Shown: positions 19,819 to 30,774 of the stretch, piece by piece
How positions within the stretch are numbered: position 1 is the stretch's first letter
How the letters are laid out: each line of letters opens with the position of its first letter
Source of the DNA: Anthoceros angustus
Taxonomy: Eukaryota; Plantae; Anthocerotophyta
DNA length: 64,000 nucleotides
Direction: 5' to 3'
NCBI GenBank assembly: GCA_010909165.1
Contig: VJWM01000025.1
Location: forward strand, 806,001 to 870,000
Made by a program: the position numbers and the translations under genes
Notes under the pieces: generated by a model
Databases searched by the model: none
Seen by the model: the letters and a program-made list of their open reading frames with translations, nothing else
What the model was told of the DNA's origin: nothing

Positions 19819-22317
19819 TTAGTGAGGAACAGACCTTGCTGTTTTGACACCGGAAGGAATAGTAGCCTTGGAGGCTGGAGTTGCGGGCTGGAGACAACCT
19901 CCATCAGCCTCGATGTGCTGTGTATCCTCGACAAGGAAACTATGCAGCAACCCGTCCGTGTCTGTCCACCAGCTCTGACCTGGCTGCTTCCATGCCCCAA
20001 TTTTTGTTCTCCTTGCCTGCATCTCCTGTGCCTGCTCCCACATCTGGGCATCAGTGTATATGTTCGACATCAATGCATATGCAGCGGAATCTTTTTTGTC
20101 TAGGTTCACAGCCTCATCAAAGGCATGGCGTCCCACATCCACGTTGCTCCACTTACGAGAACCACCCAACAGAGTGTGCCAAACTGCAGCATCAGGAGGT
20201 ACAGGCATTGTCTTAACAAGAGCTAGTGCCTCATCTAGTTGTCCTGCACGACCAAACAGATCCACCATGCACGTGTAATGATCCGTTGTAGGAGTGATTC
20301 GATACTGTTCGTGCATAGCCTCAAAGTACTTGCGGCCCTTGTTCACTTGACCAGTGTGACTACACACTTTTAGCACACTAAGGAACGTAATGCCGTCTGG
20401 CTGTATGCCATCCTCTGTCATTTTAAGAACCAAGTCAAACACCTTATCACTGTCCCCTTGATGGGTGTATCCTGCAATAAGGGCACTCCAGGTGATAACA
20501 TCTCTTTTGGGCAACGCCTCAAAAACCTGCTGTGCATCAACCATACTACTGCACTTCCCATACATGCTTATCAAACTGCAGGCTACAGGCAAATCTGCTT
20601 GAAGACCTTGTTCTTTAATCTGTGCATGGAGCTGCCTTCCCATACGTAAATCTGCCAGGCTCCCACATGCCTGAAGCAGGCACACAAATGTCACTGCGTT
20701 CGGCACAACAATGCCTTCTTCTTGCATATCCCTGAAGAGGGCAAGGGCCTCCTGCCCCATGTCCTGCTGGGAATATCCTGTGATCATGGTGCTCCACGTC
20801 ACCAAATCTTTTTGAGAAAGCCCATCAAACACTCTCTGAGCATCTTCCAAGCTGCCACACTTGGCATACATGTATACCAAACCGCTGGCGATAAACACAT
20901 CGGCCTCATGTCCTCGTTCCATAATTTGTGCATGGAGCTGCTTCCCCGTCTCCAAAGCTGGTGCACCTATGCTGGAACATGCCTGGAGGAGGCACACATA
21001 GGTCACAGCATTGGGTGACACCATGCCTTCGTCTTCCATAGCCCTATACAGATGAAGGGCTTCCTGCGCCATGCCTTGATGGGAGTATCCTGCTATCATA
21101 GCACTCCATGTCACCACAGTTTTATGATCAACTCCATCAAACACGTCCCGAGCATCGTCCAGGCTGCCACACTTTGCATACATGTCTACCAAACTATTAG
21201 CTACAAATACATCAGCTTCAAGTCCGGCTTCTCTAATTCGCGCATGAAGCTGCTTACCATGGTCCAAAGCAGGTGTGCCCAGACCTGAACATGCCTGTAG
21301 GAGGCAAACAAAAGTCACTGAATCAGGTGCAACAATGCCTTCTTCTTGCATACACCTGTAGAGCTGAAGAGCTTCCTGTCCCTTGCCCTGCTGGGTATAC
21401 CCTGCAATCATTGCACTCCACACCACCACATTTTTTTTAGGAAGTCCGTCAAACACTCTCTGAGCGTGCTCCAAGCTGCCACACTTTGTATACATGTCCA
21501 CCAAGCAACTACAAACAAACAAGTCATCCTGGACGCCGCTAGCCAACACGTCAGCATGCACCTGCTGCCCAGATTCTAAATCTCCTGCCCTAGCACAAGC
21601 CTGAAGGGCTGCTACGAAAACATGGCCATCTGGCTTCACACTCGATCTGCACAGCTCATGGTACAGCTGTATGGCTTGCTTATCTTGTTTGTGTTTAACA
21701 TGCGCAGAAATTATGGCAGACCACGTAAAGGCATCTGGTTCAGTTGCCATAGTGAACACATTTCTAGCTTCTTGCAACCTGGCATGAGAAGCATACATTC
21801 GGAGGATGTGGTTGCACAGGAACGTGTCCGACTCATACCCCGTCTTCACGGTCAAAGCATGAACACGGCGACCCAGAGGCAGATCCTTGCGATCCAAACA
21901 TTCCTTTAGTACCGTGAACAAGAGGGATCTGGAGACCTCACAGCCGGTAAGCACCAGCACTCCCAGGGCATCGACAGCCTGGGGAAGCCGCCCACGCCGA
22001 CATAGTGTGCTCACGGTTTTGGGCTTTACCTCCCTTCTGCATCCTGCAGGCATCCGAGGGCTGCCATCGAGCGGCACTCTCTGCATATCCAGGGCAGCCA
22101 GCTGCGCATCCACCCAATCTGGCTTATGCACGTTGCTTGATGTAGAGGACCTCTTGGAACTCCCGATCACGGAAGTCAAGCGATGTGGAGCTTTTGTCAT
22201 CTTCACTGTTGTCCAAGCAGGAAAACTGGCTGCCACAATACGTCCTGGTGACGCCCCCCTCTGGAAGGTCCAAGAGCACACATTGAGCGGGCTGGGTTTC
22301 TTGCAAACGTGCTGCAA
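19819..22317 (-). CDS. PLS-class PPR protein A, E1-E2 with WW-type PG box and truncated DYW; degenerate PDF motif near the N-terminus
   Basis: 832-aa ORF with repeated P-L-S triplets (LVDMYAKCGSLEDA..VFD..; VTWSAMIAGY), E motifs and WKQPGQSWWTD; no HxE or CxxC. The true start may lie upstream across frameshifts. Confidence 0.9.
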   Translation of the reverse strand: MQHVCKKPSPLNVCSWTFQRGASPGRIVAASFPAWTTVKMTKAPHRLTSVIGSSKRSSTSSNVHKPDWVDAQLAALDMQRVPLDGSPRMPAGCRREVKPKTVSTLCRRGRLPQAVDALGVLVLTGCEVSRSLLFTVLKECLDRKDLPLGRRVHALTVKTGYESDTFLCNHILRMYASHARLQEARNVFTMATEPDAFTWSAIISAHVKHKQDKQAIQLYHELCRSSVKPDGHVFVAALQACARAGDLESGQQVHADVLASGVQDDLFVCSCLVDMYTKCGSLEHAQRVFDGLPKKNVVVWSAMIAGYTQQGKGQEALQLYRCMQEEGIVAPDSVTFVCLLQACSGLGTPALDHGKQLHARIREAGLEADVFVANSLVDMYAKCGSLDDARDVFDGVDHKTVVTWSAMIAGYSHQGMAQEALHLYRAMEDEGMVSPNAVTYVCLLQACSSIGAPALETGKQLHAQIMERGHEADVFIASGLVYMYAKCGSLEDAQRVFDGLSQKDLVTWSTMITGYSQQDMGQEALALFRDMQEEGIVVPNAVTFVCLLQACGSLADLRMGRQLHAQIKEQGLQADLPVACSLISMYGKCSSMVDAQQVFEALPKRDVITWSALIAGYTHQGDSDKVFDLVLKMTEDGIQPDGITFLSVLKVCSHTGQVNKGRKYFEAMHEQYRITPTTDHYTCMVDLFGRAGQLDEALALVKTMPVPPDAAVWHTLLGGSRKWSNVDVGRHAFDEAVNLDKKDSAAYALMSNIYTDAQMWEQAQEMQARRTKIGAWKQPGQSWWTDTDGLLHSFLVEDTQHIEADGGCLQPATPASKATIPSGVKTARSVPH

Positions 22318-22599
22318 CTGGCGGCTTCATTGCCTCCCAAGGGCTGGCTCCTTGCAGAGAGGTGAGCCCAGCCTCTTCCTAGAAGAGATGATATCCTCCA
22401 CACAAAATGGCTGGCAGGAGCACACGATGAACCAAGGGATCCAGGAGGCACCCACCCAAGCACGCTGTCACCGCGCAAAGCTTCACTGGTTAAGACTCGT
22501 TTCAGGCGACTGCCGTCAGGTGTCGAAGGCTGCGAGTGACGGCGGGCCGAACCCTGCTAGGGTATGGGGCATCGCACCCATGAAAAAAACCGACACTCT

Positions 22600-23090
22600 G
22601 ATCGACGCGGTGACATGTTCCTGGACACTTGACCCTCTATCCAGTCACTGGTAACCCTTTCCCGCCACCATCCGATTCTCCGAGCATGAAGATCAGTGGG
22701 TGCAAAATCTGTTCTCACATAACACACATCAGGGTAGCCGGTGGACTGCTTTAAGATCACAGAAACAACTCAAGAACGTGGTGGTGGTGAGGGACTCGTC
22801 CGAATCCCTTCACGACCAACACTTCGTTGCGTGGTCTCCTGATATTGAATTGCCCAAATCCACCTCCGCCATTGCCTCACAAGATTAGGATCAGAGGATG
22901 GCATATCTGTTCTCACAAAACAGGGCAGCCGGTGGACTGCTTGAAGATACAGAAACAACCCAAGAACGTGATGGTGAGGAAGGACTCATCCGAGTCCCTT
23001 CACGACCAATACATCGAATCGTGATCTCCTCATCTTGGATTGCCGAAATCAACCCCCGCCAGTGGCTCACAAGGTAAGGCTTTTCTGTCG
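22600..23090 (-). repeat. ~200-bp tandem duplication upstream of PPR-A, possibly decayed PDF-motif sequence
   Basis: CCCTTCACGACCAA... near 22806 and 22996; peptides KQSTGYPDVCYVRT and DWIEGQV weakly echo the PDF consensus. Confidence 0.45.
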
Positions 23091-23519
23091 TGTGCACACT
23101 CTGACTTGGAGGGAGAGGTGACTTGAGAAGAGAAGGTGATGCAGCATGTCCTCAGCCCAACCTCACCGAGGAAGCTGCAGTGAGCCCTGACGGATATGGC
23201 GGTAAATATTGCAATGTATGAGCTCATGTCATGTAGGTGATGAAATAGTTTACTTGAGCCGTACTTGCACACACACACCTCGTAAGAAAGTAATATTCTC
23301 TTCCTTGGCGTAAAAGCTGGAGCATTGGCCAATGGCCATGGGATCTTGATCTGGGTGTAGCCCCGTGGGGGTTCCATCATGCCAAGCCGGGGAATGGATG
23401 GCACCCCATCCGAGCACTGATCCATTCGAAGGAAGCTAGTTCCAATGACCTGATAATGTCTGGATGTAACTCCTTCAAGACTCCTTGAAGGGAGGACAGC
23501 ATTGGCCAGTTCTCCCCTC

Positions 23520-26500
23520 TCATGGTCGACTCTTACAACTGCAACAACCGTTTGCGAATCGATGCACACGGTACCCATCCCTCACAACAATGTCTCTCTG
23601 TTCAAGCCTTGACATGACCTCCGTGGAGCTGTGGCAGTCACTGCACATGCGTAGATTCTTCGTCACCACCAGAGGTGTCCCACTCGGAGTGTTCAAGAGA
23701 CCAAACGCCAGAGCTAGCTTCTCAGCATGACCACAAAGCGCATCTTCCTTTTCCTTCTCACGCAGAGGCTTCAACACCAAATTTGTGTGAGGTACGTGGC
23801 CTCCTTCCTGCTTCAGGCGTGCATTCGTGCTCTCTACCTTCAGCGCAATATCCTCTCTCCTCTCTCCCACCACAAATCTATGTACTTGCTTTTTCACCTC
23901 AATGCTCGCCACTCCAGGTTTCTTGTTAGCTCCTGCTACCATTCTCTGTGTTTCAATCCTGTCTACATCGCTCCACCTGCCTGCATCTGCGTAGGCATTG
24001 GCCATGAGCACATACGCGGGCGCCCACTGGGGGTCCAGTTTAACCAGACTATCAAAACACCACATTGCCCTCTCTAAATCCCCGTGACTTTTGCATGCAT
24101 TCAGCAAAGACGTCAACCCCACGACATTATTTTGGCCCTCACATGACAAAAACATCTTCTCAGCCTCATCTAAATGGCCTGCACGCCCAAGAAGATCAAT
24201 CATGCAATTGTAATGCTCAATAGCAGGTTTGATGGCATGCTCTTCAGCCATGGAATCAAAGTACTTGCGGCCCTTGTGGACCAGTCCCTCATGACTGCAA
24301 GCTGCTAGAAGGCATGTAAAAGTTGCACCATCAGGCTGAAAACCAGCAAATAGCATCTCCTCAAAACAAGCTAATGCTCTGTGACCATCATCACAAGTAC
24401 CATACCCAGATATCAGGGCATTCCATGTCACCACATTCCTTGTGGCCATGCTGTCAAAGACCTGGCGTGCATCTTCCAGTTCGCCGCATTTTGCATACAT
24501 GTCCACCAGGCAGTTGCCCAACACTACGTTGTCCAGCAGTCCACTTTCAACAATCTGTAAGTGCAGCTGCCTCCCCTTCTGTAAGGCACCAGTGCTTGCA
24601 CAGGCGTTCAGAAGGCAAGCAAAAGTAAAATGGTTAGCCAAAACCAGGCCCTCCTGCTCCATTTGTTCGTACACAACAAGTGCCTCATGTGCGAGCCCTT
24701 GCTGGGAATACCCAGCAATCAGCACCGTCCATGTCACCACATCCTTTGAGGCCAAGCTTTCAAACACCTGGCGTGCATCTTCCAGTTCACCACATTTTGC
24801 ATACATGTCCACCAGGCAGTTGCCCACCACATCATCCAGTCCTCTTTCAACAATCTGTGAGTGCAGCTGCCTGCCCTTCTGTAAGGCACCAGTGCTTCCA
24901 CAGGCCTTCAGAAGGCAAGCAAATGTAACATGGTCAGCCAAAATGAGGCCTCTTGCTCCATTTGTCCATACAGAAAGCGCCTCTTGGCTGACCTTGCTGT
25001 GCATACCCAGCAATCAGGGCATTCCATGTCACCACATCCTTTGTGTTCATGCTGTCAAAACCTGGCGTGCATCTTCCAGTTCACCACATTTTGCATACAT
25101 GTCCACCAGGCAGGTTGCCCACCACTACATCATCCAGCAGTCCTCTTTCCACAATCTGTGAGTGCAGCTGCCTGCCCTTCTGTAAGGCACCAGTGCACAG
25201 GCCTTCAGAAGGCAAGCAAAAGTAACATGGTTAGCCAAAATGAGGCCTCCTGCTCCATTTGTCCATACAGAAAGCGCCTCTTGGCCAAGTCCTTGCTGTG
25301 CATACCCAGCAATCAGGGCATCCATGTCACCACATCCTTTGTGCCAAGCTGTCAAAACCTGGCGTGCATCTTCCAGTTCACCACATTTTGCATACATGTC
25401 CACCAGGCAGGTGCCAACACTACGTCATCCAGCAGTCCTCTTTCCACAATCTGTGAGTGCAGCTGCCCTTCTGTAAGGCACCAGTGCTTGCACAGGCCTT
25501 CAGAAGGCAAGCAAAAGTAACATGGTCAGCCAAAATGAGGCCCTCCTGCTCCATTTGTCCATACACAACAAGCGCCTCTTGGCCAAGTCCTTGCTGTGCA
25601 TACCCAGCATCAGGGCATTCCATGTCACCACATCCTTTGTGCCAAGCTGTCAAAACCTGGCGTGCATCTTCCAGTTCACCACATTTTGCATACATGTCCA
25701 CCAGGCAGTTGCCCAACACTACGTCATCCAGCAGTCCTCTTTCAACAATCTGTGAGTGCAGCTGCCTGCCCTTCTGTAAGGCACCAGTGCTTGCACAGGC
25801 CTTCAGAAGGCAAGCAAAAGTAACATGGTTAGCCAAAATCAGCCCTCCTGCTCCATTTGTCCATACACAAGCGCCTCATGTGAGCCCTTGCTGTGCATAC
25901 CCAGCAATCAGGGCATTCCATGTCACCACATCCTTTGAGGCCAAGCTTTCAAACACCTGGCGTGCATCTTCCAGTTCACCACATTTTGAATACATGTCCA
26001 CCAGGCAGTTGCCCACCACTACATCATCCAGTAGACCTCTTTCAACAATCTGTGAGTGCAGCTGCCTGCCCCTCTGGGAGGCACCAGTGCTTCCACAGGC
26101 CTTCAGAAGGCAAGCAAATGTAACATGGTTAGCCAAAATGAGGCCGTCTTGTTCCATTTGTCCATACAGAATGAGCGCCTCTTGACCAAGACCTTGCTGT
26201 GCATACCCAGCAATCAGGGCATTCCATGTCACCACATTCTTTGTGGCCAAGCTGTCAAAACCTGCATCTTCCAGTTCACCACATTTTGCATACATGTCCA
26301 CCAGGCAGTTGCCCAACACTACGTTATCCAGCAGTCCTCTTCAACAATCTGAGTGCAGCTGCCTGCCCTTCTGTAAGGCACCAGTGCTTGCACAGGCCTT
26401 CAGAAGGCAAGCAAAAGTAACATGGTCAGCCAAAATGAGGCCCTCCTGCTCCATTTGTCCATAGAACAAGCGCCTCTTGGCCAAGCCTTGCTGTGCATAC

Positions 26501-28593
26501 CCAGCAATCAGGGCATTCCATGTCACCACATCCTTTGTGGCCATGCTGTCAAAACCTGGCGTGCATCTTCCAGTTCACCACATTTTGCATACATGTCCAC
26601 CAGGCAGTTGCCCACACTACGTTATCCAGCAGTCCTCTTCAACAATCTGTGAGTGCAGCTGCCTGCCCTTCTGTAAGGCACCAGTGCTTGCACAGGCCTT
26701 CAGAAGGCAAGCAAAAGTAACATGGTTAGCCAAAATCAGGCCCTCCTGCTCCATTTGTCCATACACACAAGCGCCTCATGTCCGAGCCTTGCTGGGCATA
26801 CCCAGCAATCAGGGCATTCCATGTCACCACATCCTTTGTGGCCAAGCTGTCAAAACCTGGCGTGCATCTTTCAGTTCGCCACATTTTGCATACATGTCCA
26901 CCAGACAGTTTCCAACAAACAAGTCGGGAGGAATGCCACTGTGCAAGACATCACAGTGCACTTTTCTGCCAGATTCCAAGTCGGAAGCAAACGCACAAGC
27001 CTGAAGGGCAGCTACAAAGACGTGACAATTCGCCTTCACTCCTGACCTACGCATCTCATGGTACAGTTGTATGGCCTCTTCAGGCTTCCCATGCTTAGCG
27101 TATGCGGAGATTATGGAAAACCACATGAAGGCATCTGGTTTGCCCACCCTGGTGAACACATCCATGGCCTCCTGCAGCCTACCTCCACATGCATACATGC
27201 GCAAGATATGGTTCCCCAAGTATGCATTGGAATCGTACCCAAGTTTAGCAGTGAGATCATGAACTCGTCGGCCCACAGCCAAATCCTTCTTAGCTGTACA
27301 CAGTTTTAACACAGCGTAAAACAGAGACGGAGGGATTGCAGAGTCTGTGTGCGCCAGAGATTCCAGGGCTCCAACGGCCTCAGAAAGCTTCCCTGCTGAC
27401 ATAACATGCTCACGGTTCCAGCCGTTACCGCCCATTTCCGATCCTGCACGCCTGCCAGGTTCAGGCCCGTGCTGGGCATACCCAGCAATCAGGGTTGTCC
27501 ATGTCACCACATTCTTTGTGGCCAAGCTCTCGAAAACCTCGCGTGCATCTTGTAATTCGCCACATTTTGCATACATCTCCACCAGGCAGGTGCCAACAAA
27601 CAAGTCAGGACGAATGCCACTGTGCAACACATCAGAGTGCACTCTTCTGCCAGATTCCAAGTCGGCAGCAAATGCACAAGCTTGAAGGGCAGCTACAAAG
27701 ACGTGAGCATCCGCCTTCACTCCTGATCTACGCATCTCATGGTACAGTTGTATGGCCTCTTCAGGCTTCCCATGTTTAGCGTATGCGGAGATTATGGAAA
27801 ACCACATGAAGGCATCTGGTTTGCCCACCCTGGTGAACACATCCATGGCCTCCTGAAGCCTACCTCCACATGCATACATGCGCAGGATATGGTTCCCCAA
27901 GTATGCATTTGCATCGTACCCAAGCTTGACAGTAAGACCATGAACTCGTCGCCCCACAACCAAATCCTTCCTATCTGTACACAGTTTTAGCACAGTGTAA
28001 AACAGAGACTGAGAAATGGCAGTTTTTGCCTGCGCCAGAGAATCCAGGGCTTCAACGGCCTCAGAAAGCTTCCCCTGCTGACACAACATGGTCACGGTTC
28101 CAGCCGTTACCATGCCCATTTCCGAACCTGCATGCCTGCCAGGTTCAGGCTTATCAGGAGAGCTCGACTTGGAAGGAGAGGCACCATGACCCATCTGCAT
28201 ATCCAAGAAAACGAGCTGCTCATCTACCCAAGCTGGCTTAAACATGCTGTGTAACCAGAGGACCTCGCCAGATCCCTTACGCAGGAAGTCAGGCGAACGG
28301 GAGCTCTTCTTGTCTCGTCTGTTGTCCCACCACATGGCGGGGTCCAAGAAAAATTGTTGCCACAAGTGCTCCTGCTCCTGCTCCTGGCGATGACCATCCT
28401 TACATCCGTGCCCACCCACACTTCTTCTCGGAAGTGGAACTGCTGGGCTCCTTACACTGCTGCACCTGATGGCTTGGTGGTTTGCTGGGTGAGGACTCCC
28501 TAAAGTGAGGTGAGCGGGAGATTCTCGTGGAATCCCTGCACACACACCAATTTGTTGGGTCCACAACGGGTCCGGTTGCCATGCTGTGGCCAT
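23520..28593 (-). CDS. PPR gene B: PDF motif - long PLS array - E1 - E2 - DYW:KP (ends SRP); frameshifts in the array are probably sequencing errors
   Basis: N-terminal ORF 26824-28593 with the PDF motif; C-terminal ORF 23520-25013 with KKPGVASIEV, CGHAEKLA, RMCSDCH, HRFANGCCSCKSRP; ~300-bp triplet repeats between them with many 1-nt deletions. Confidence 0.85.
24400..26950 (-). repeat. Tandem array of ~9 near-identical P-L-S triplets (306 bp ideal unit)
   Basis: The LVDMY codon block recurs at 24493, 24799, 25093, 25390, 25688, 25988, 26288, 26587, 26888; an intact unit is 102 aa. Confidence 0.95.
28201..28365 (-). other. OSB-type PDF motif in PPR gene B
   Basis: LWQQFFLDPAMWWDNRRDKKSSRSPDFLRKGSGEVLWLHSMFKPAWVDEQLVFLD matches the remembered OSB PDF pattern W..FF..P..WWDNR..K....PDF..K..GE.LWL....P.WV..QL..LD. 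Confidence 0.85.
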
Positions 28594-30288
28594 CGTTCAG
28601 GAACCGCTGTCGGAAGGCGAGCCAAACCACAGACTATAGCAGGATGCCGAATTAGTGTACATGGCCACTGACTGTTTTCACTCTTGCACCCAAAGGCCAA
28701 ACATGGGCACCCACCAGCACAGTATGTGAAGGATGCCAATTGCCTATTTGAACTTGGAACATGTAAGTGCTGGGCTCATGGTTGTCGCAAGAAGCTGCAG
28801 TCATAGTTCAGACTGAATTTTGAGTGAGCGCTGCTCAAGCGATGAATCTCAATTCTGGTCCAGGGTCCAGTCTGGTGGGCTTCACGTTGTTGCTGGATTT
28901 TTCTTTTGGCGGCTGAAGCTAGCTAAAATCGACAGCAGCCGAGGCGCAGTTTGGTACGTCTTTGAAGCGGAGAGCATGGCGCTAGCCTGTGATAGCCTGC
29001 TGTGGGCGTAAAATCCTGTGCCGCTTCCGGAGGCTGCCGCGGCTGGTTGTCGTGACTCGTTTGCCGAGGTTATGGTGTTGTGTGAAGGTGTTGAAGAGGT
29101 GGCAATCTGATGGAAACGAATTGCCGATGCAGATTTTGTTGGGAAATAGCCGCAATTTTGCGGGTTTTGTGCAGATTACCGTCATTCCCTACCTCGTTGT
29201 CGGGGATCCCGATCTGGACACCACTTCAACAACCTTTTTGCTGTTGGATCAACGAGGAGCGGATATTCTCTTTGGGATTGCCATACACACCCTCTGGCTG
29301 ATGACACGGATATTCAGCTCATCCCTGGTGGTAATTCTGCTGCTCTGGTCCGGCGTCGGACATTAAACACGATTCAGGTTTAGAGCAGGGTTTTGGAGGG
29401 AAGGAATGAGGTAGTGAGTGTTCGGGCTCTTTGAGGATTCACAGCTGATGTTTACGTTCTGACGATTCTGCCTTGTCCATGATGAAGGATGCCTCAACAT
29501 CTGCTTCTATCGTTTGGTAGGTGGTGTTGAACACGCCAAACACGTCTAAGGCAGGGATGGAAGCTACAGCCAATGCAACACAGTAAGTTTGATGCCTAAC
29601 CTTTCTTCACAAGCACCGAGTACCGGGATGCCCTTATACATGACTGTTATCGTATCAGAGGCACCCAATAGACGACTGACTTGCTATTTCTCCTCTACTC
29701 ATGCAGATGAGTCTCACAGCTGTGACAGGAGCTCACGAGGCTGTATCTTCAGGGTTTCGAAATCTCCTGAAAGACAGCAAGGAGATGTGTTTCAGTCCCC
29801 TACTCAAATATGAAACCCAAGCAAGAGGTTTCCAAAATCCCGGTTGGTGTTGGCTTCGGAATTTCAAAGCCAGAACATGCAACCAAGGTACTGTATGCCC
29901 CTACCTGTATTTAGTATGCCCATATCTGCAGATGTTCCTTCCATCCATTTTGTTCCTCGGACTTCTCAGTTTTTGGCCCCAGATGCGAGTCCCCAATCCT
30001 CACAGAGATGCAGCATGGAATGAACCTCAGAACAGGTTCACCTAGCAGGGTGCCCTACTATACCACTAAATTATTTCAAAGGGTTATGTATGGATTAAGC
30101 AGTGGCCTAAACAATTGCTAGTCTAACTGTATATAAGGAAGATCACCACTTATATTGTTGTCCCTTCACGAGGGAGCCCTTGGTCAGCTAGTTTGACCTA
30201 CAGCCAGGGGCGACTCCTCGGGACGTGCGTTCGGGATCGAATCCCTCATTAATCAAACGGGGGTAAGGTGACCGAAGTAAAACGCAAA

Positions 30289-30630
30289 TGAACCCTAACT
30301 AACGAACATAATTGAACTGAAATCGAACCGAAGATGAACGCAGCAACTAACGAGCATGAATGAACCGAAAATGAACCCTAACTAACGAGAGCATGAATGA
30401 ACCGAAAATGAACCCTAACTAACGAACATGAATGAACCGAAAATGAACCGAAAATGAACCCCAACTAACGAACATGAATGAACCGAAAATGAACCGAAAA
30501 TGAACCCCAACTAACGAACATGAATGAACCGAAAATGAACCCCAACTAACGAACATGAATGAACCGAAAATGAACCCCAACTAACGAACATGAATGAACC
30601 GAAAATGAACCCCAGCAATTAACGAAAATA
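30289..30630. repeat. Minisatellite of ~35-bp units (AATGAACCGAAAATGAACCCCAACTAACGAACATG) with internal sub-repeats
   Basis: Directly visible, about 9 imperfect copies. Confidence 0.9.
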
Positions 30631-30774
30631 AATGAACCAAAACAACCAAAAAGCTTTGCAGTGGACGACATTAGTCGACACGGAGAAATTCGGAACTGGA
30701 GCCGGCACGCTCCACGGTCGCCGGCGCGGCTCCCTGATGTACAAACCTGAGCAGTGGAAAGTTCTTCTCCCTTC

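Noticed and set aside
21887-27045. Long plus-strand ORFs such as 21887-22654, 24442-25161 and 25457-26185
   Set aside because: Antisense shadows of the PPR reading frames, with no independent motifs.
28820-30045. Protein-coding gene between PPR genes B and C
   Set aside because: Short ORFs on both strands with stops and no recognisable domain.
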